DNA of 64,000 bases from Bacteroidota bacterium (GTDB taxonomy: Bacteria; Bacteroidota; Bacteroidia; Chitinophagales; UBA10324): contig BJGQ01000001.1 in assembly GCA_014190575.1 (NCBI GenBank), forward strand, positions 123,664-187,663, given 5' to 3'. Shown here piece after piece: positions 63,601-64,000 of this stretch. Every line of letters begins with the position of its first letter. Within the stretch, counting starts at the first letter, position 1. The position numbers and the translations under genes are program-made. A model generated the notes under the pieces. It searched no databases and was not told the origin of the DNA. It saw nothing but the letters and a program-made list of their open reading frames with translations.

Positions 63601-64000
63601 TATAAGTTGTATTCACTAGAGGTTGCGCCGTAATAAATGCTCCTGTAGTAGCACTTAATCCTGATGTTGGAGTCCATGAATAAGTTAATGCACCGGTAGC
63701 TGTAATGGTTGCTGAACTTCCATTGCAGATGGAAGTGACAGATGGAGTTGCCAATAAAACCGGCAATGGATTTACAATGAATACTGATTGAGTAGTATCA
63801 GCACATCCATTCAAATCGGTTCCGATAATGGTATAAGTGGTTGTTGAAACAGGTGCTGCAATTTGTGTATTACTTGTTGAGTTGCTTAATCCAACTGAAG
63901 GAAACCAAGTATAATTTACTGCACCACTAACTGTAAGTGCAGTTGAAGTTCCAAAACATGCGGTTGCGTTAGTTGAAGAAATTGTTGGAGGTGTATTTAC
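57632..64000 (-). CDS. giant Ig-like-repeat protein with T9SS type-B CTD, 5'-truncated by window edge (>2122 aa)
   Basis: The track start at 63814 is an in-frame TTG. I translated 63815-64000 and it stays open, continuing the repeat (...TACFGTSTALTVSGAVNYTWFPSVGLSNSTSNTQIAAPVSTTTYTIIGTDLNGCADTT...). There are more than 20 ~75-80-aa modules of the form 'ICxGxSAxLxAxGAxxYxWxPxxGLxxTTGxxVxAxPxxxTTYTVxGxDxNGC'. The C-terminus is 'LVYVPNAFTPNGDNKNDVF...FNRWGEMVFET...GWDGNWNGQ...GNVSLIR'. Confidence 0.9.
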   Translation of the reverse strand, partial: VNTPPTISSTNATACFGTSTALTVSGAVNYTWFPSVGLSNSTSNTQIAAPVSTTTYTIIGTDLNGCADTTQSVFIVNPLPVLLATPSVTSICNGSSATITATGALTYSWTPTSGLSATTGAFITAQPLVNTTYTIFGTDTIGCTNSVTAIVYVGAPVTIINTPIYPSLCLGDSLIITLSGASTYQWTPSTGLNTSTGSTVVATPTSSTNYLVIGTDANGCTGFTTIDITINPNLIIYGANESVCIGQNVTLYSSGAYFYMWTPDPTLNSYYDSTVIASPLISTTYTLTGMNMYGCMDTALYSVTVNPLPIVAVNGLQPDYCTNASIDTLIVDPIGGILFGTGVVGSTFDPAIAGTGGPYYVTYSYTDSFGCSNFDNDTTVVLNGALISVASANATICNGISTALTASGGISYSWSPTIGLSDSTGSVVTANPFITTTYFVNGTNANGCIGSDSVVVSVSTPIQLSIAAAIDSICAGTATTISVSGAITYSWSPSVQSSNINGDSVTVAPIVTTTYSISGIDSNGCFADTIVVINIIPQPNVVANNSSICSGDSATLIGQGATSYNWISPSSTNDSIIVQPIITTSYTVIGYANTCSDTAVAVVSMLAPPIVSVVNDTICSGSSATLVANGAANYSWLPIGTFGNTLSVSPTVNTTYTVIGNNGSCTDTTLAIVFVNPIPLVNFSGLNNSYCANSIADTLIGNPLGGIFSGVGVSGNIFYPNLAVGSSATITYSYTDPNGCFADTAMDAIINPIPVVIVNNPAICSGDAAILIVQGATTYDWISLASTNDSVTVQPLVTTSYSVIGFANTCSDTAVAVVSMLAPPTVLVNNANICSGTSATLIATGAANFTWYPGNMIGATVSVSPLVNTTYTVIGNNGSCTDTAFAVVTINLSPVATLSGLNNSYCTNNLADTLVGIPAGGIFSGVGVNGNIFNPSQVAGATTTVTYTYTDVNGCSAIDTQTTTMNGSTFITVNPSISTICNASTATIMASGANTYTWAPSTGLNVTTGDVVIASPSVNTTYTVSGISASGCAGQTTSEVIIAPNLLINIVATNDSICLGQAITMTATGGTNYSWSPSTFLNSTSGNTVSAQPTSNITYTVVATNATGCSGQTIIPIVLLPNPIVTVSTDTICAGQFATLVASGAANYHWSTNALGNTISVNPASTTAYIVIGMNGACADTVVTIVTVNPLPIINAISSGNFICNGGTIQINASGASTYVWTPSTGLNTTTGATVSASLTSSTTYTVSGIDGNGCANIQSVPVDVALPVIITTNSSDTSICIGQSVALNVNGASNFLWSPSTGLSSTTGTTVIANPIVTTTYTVIGTDINGCTAIAMIVVNVNPIPVIVSSSTSATLCSSSTATLSATGAANYFWSPSIGLNTTTGNTIQAQPNSSITYTVTGVDMLGCSASSLVNILVYPVPSISITSTNPVICLGANATLNALGSSTYSWSPSTNLNSTTTASVIANPTVTTTYSVSTIDSNGCTATSSSVVTVQPLPVIISSALDSTLCIGQSTILSVIGGTTYNWSPSVGLSATTGNFVTANPSVNTTYQIIGFDNFGCQSATTIPVLINPIASVVIPSVPVICPGDFATLAATGAVNYLWSTNALGDSIAVNPVVNTSYSVIGTDANGCTASDTTLVTINPVPTISAVSNQNNLCVGQTSVLTASGANYYEWYPAYGLNTTTGNTVNATPIVSTTYTIIGNNGTGCTDSTTIEIVVYQIPMAAAGPDVDLCEGGFVQLNANGGTSYEWSPQTGLDNPYISNPMASPSLSTTYIVNVGNQNGCYRQDTININIHLKPNVNAGPSQTVCYPNSTQLHGDGASFYNWSPADYLDDTALQVPTCTPMFDITYTLTVNDSFGCSASDTVSVKVKRPFAITADPDITLCRNDATQLNAFGGNNYLWTPSAGLDNPYIQNPTASPTVTTTYIVNSTDGICFSSSDTVVVTVNQLPIVSAGADVDLLYGSTYQLYGYTNASNVQWSPSDFLSCTSCIDPVVNHLNTPMTYVMTATDSSGCRAEAEVHISLTCNEDLVYVPNAFTPNGDNKNDVFRIRTYGLSEVKAFRVFNRWGEMVFETYDVNQGWDGNWNGQACAPAVFVYYLEGTCANGQEVLKHGNVSLIR
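61100..62390 (-). repeat. higher-order ~645-bp (215-aa) tandem duplication inside the giant gene
   Basis: A three-module block is present twice in tandem ('...ICSGD(S/A)A(T/I)L..QGAT(S/T)Y(N/D)WIS...ANTCSDTAVAVVSMLAPP...GNNGSCTDT...LSGLNNSYC...GGIFSGVGV(S/N)GNIF...Y(S/T)YTD.NGC'). The anchor 'ggaggtgcaagcatact' occurs at 62175 and 61530, an offset of 645 bp. By eye the copies diverge at roughly one base in five. Boundaries are approximate. Confidence 0.6.

Overview
AT-rich chromosomal segment that looks like Bacteroidota. Evidence: T9SS C-terminal sorting domains, PorP/SprF genes, a TonB-dependent receptor, lipoprotein signal peptides and TAnnTTTG promoter-like motifs. I call about 40 protein genes and 3 tRNAs: Leu-CAG, Leu-TAA and Gly-GCC. 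I saw no rRNA, CRISPR array, transposase, integrase or phage gene. Housekeeping genes are ettA, pyrR-pyrB, mutS, nnr, a polyprenyl synthase, a TrmH-family methyltransferase and futalosine-pathway genes (mqnA plus a MqnE/MqnC-type radical SAM enzyme). The dominant theme is type IX secretion. Nine predicted T9SS substrates cover about 29.5 kb of the 64 kb, summed from the coordinates below. Four are repeat-rich adhesin-like proteins with a type-B ('gliding motility-associated') C-terminal domain (CTD): 5004-7811, 19930-25647, 51113-56686 and 57632-64000, the last truncated by the window edge. Five carry a type-A CTD: 3-1595 (truncated), a heparinase II/III-like protein, an S8 peptidase and two tandem M43 metallopeptidases. 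Two of the type-B giants are each followed directly by a PorP/SprF-family gene; in one case the stop and start codons overlap as ATGA. The other two type-B proteins have no such partner in the window. Other points of interest are a hybrid histidine kinase co-oriented 6 nt downstream of a TorF-like porin gene, a minimal sensor-less HK/RR pair, a histidine phosphatase wedged between the mqn genes, phased direct repeats in the giant-B/HEAT divergent promoter, and a T10 tract inside one porP/sprF gene. I found no clear-cut novel defence or mobile system. The best candidate for something undescribed is the modular T9SS cargo/adaptor repertoire, and that is partly anticipated by the known sprB-sprF pairing. 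All homology calls come from motif recognition by eye, not from searches.
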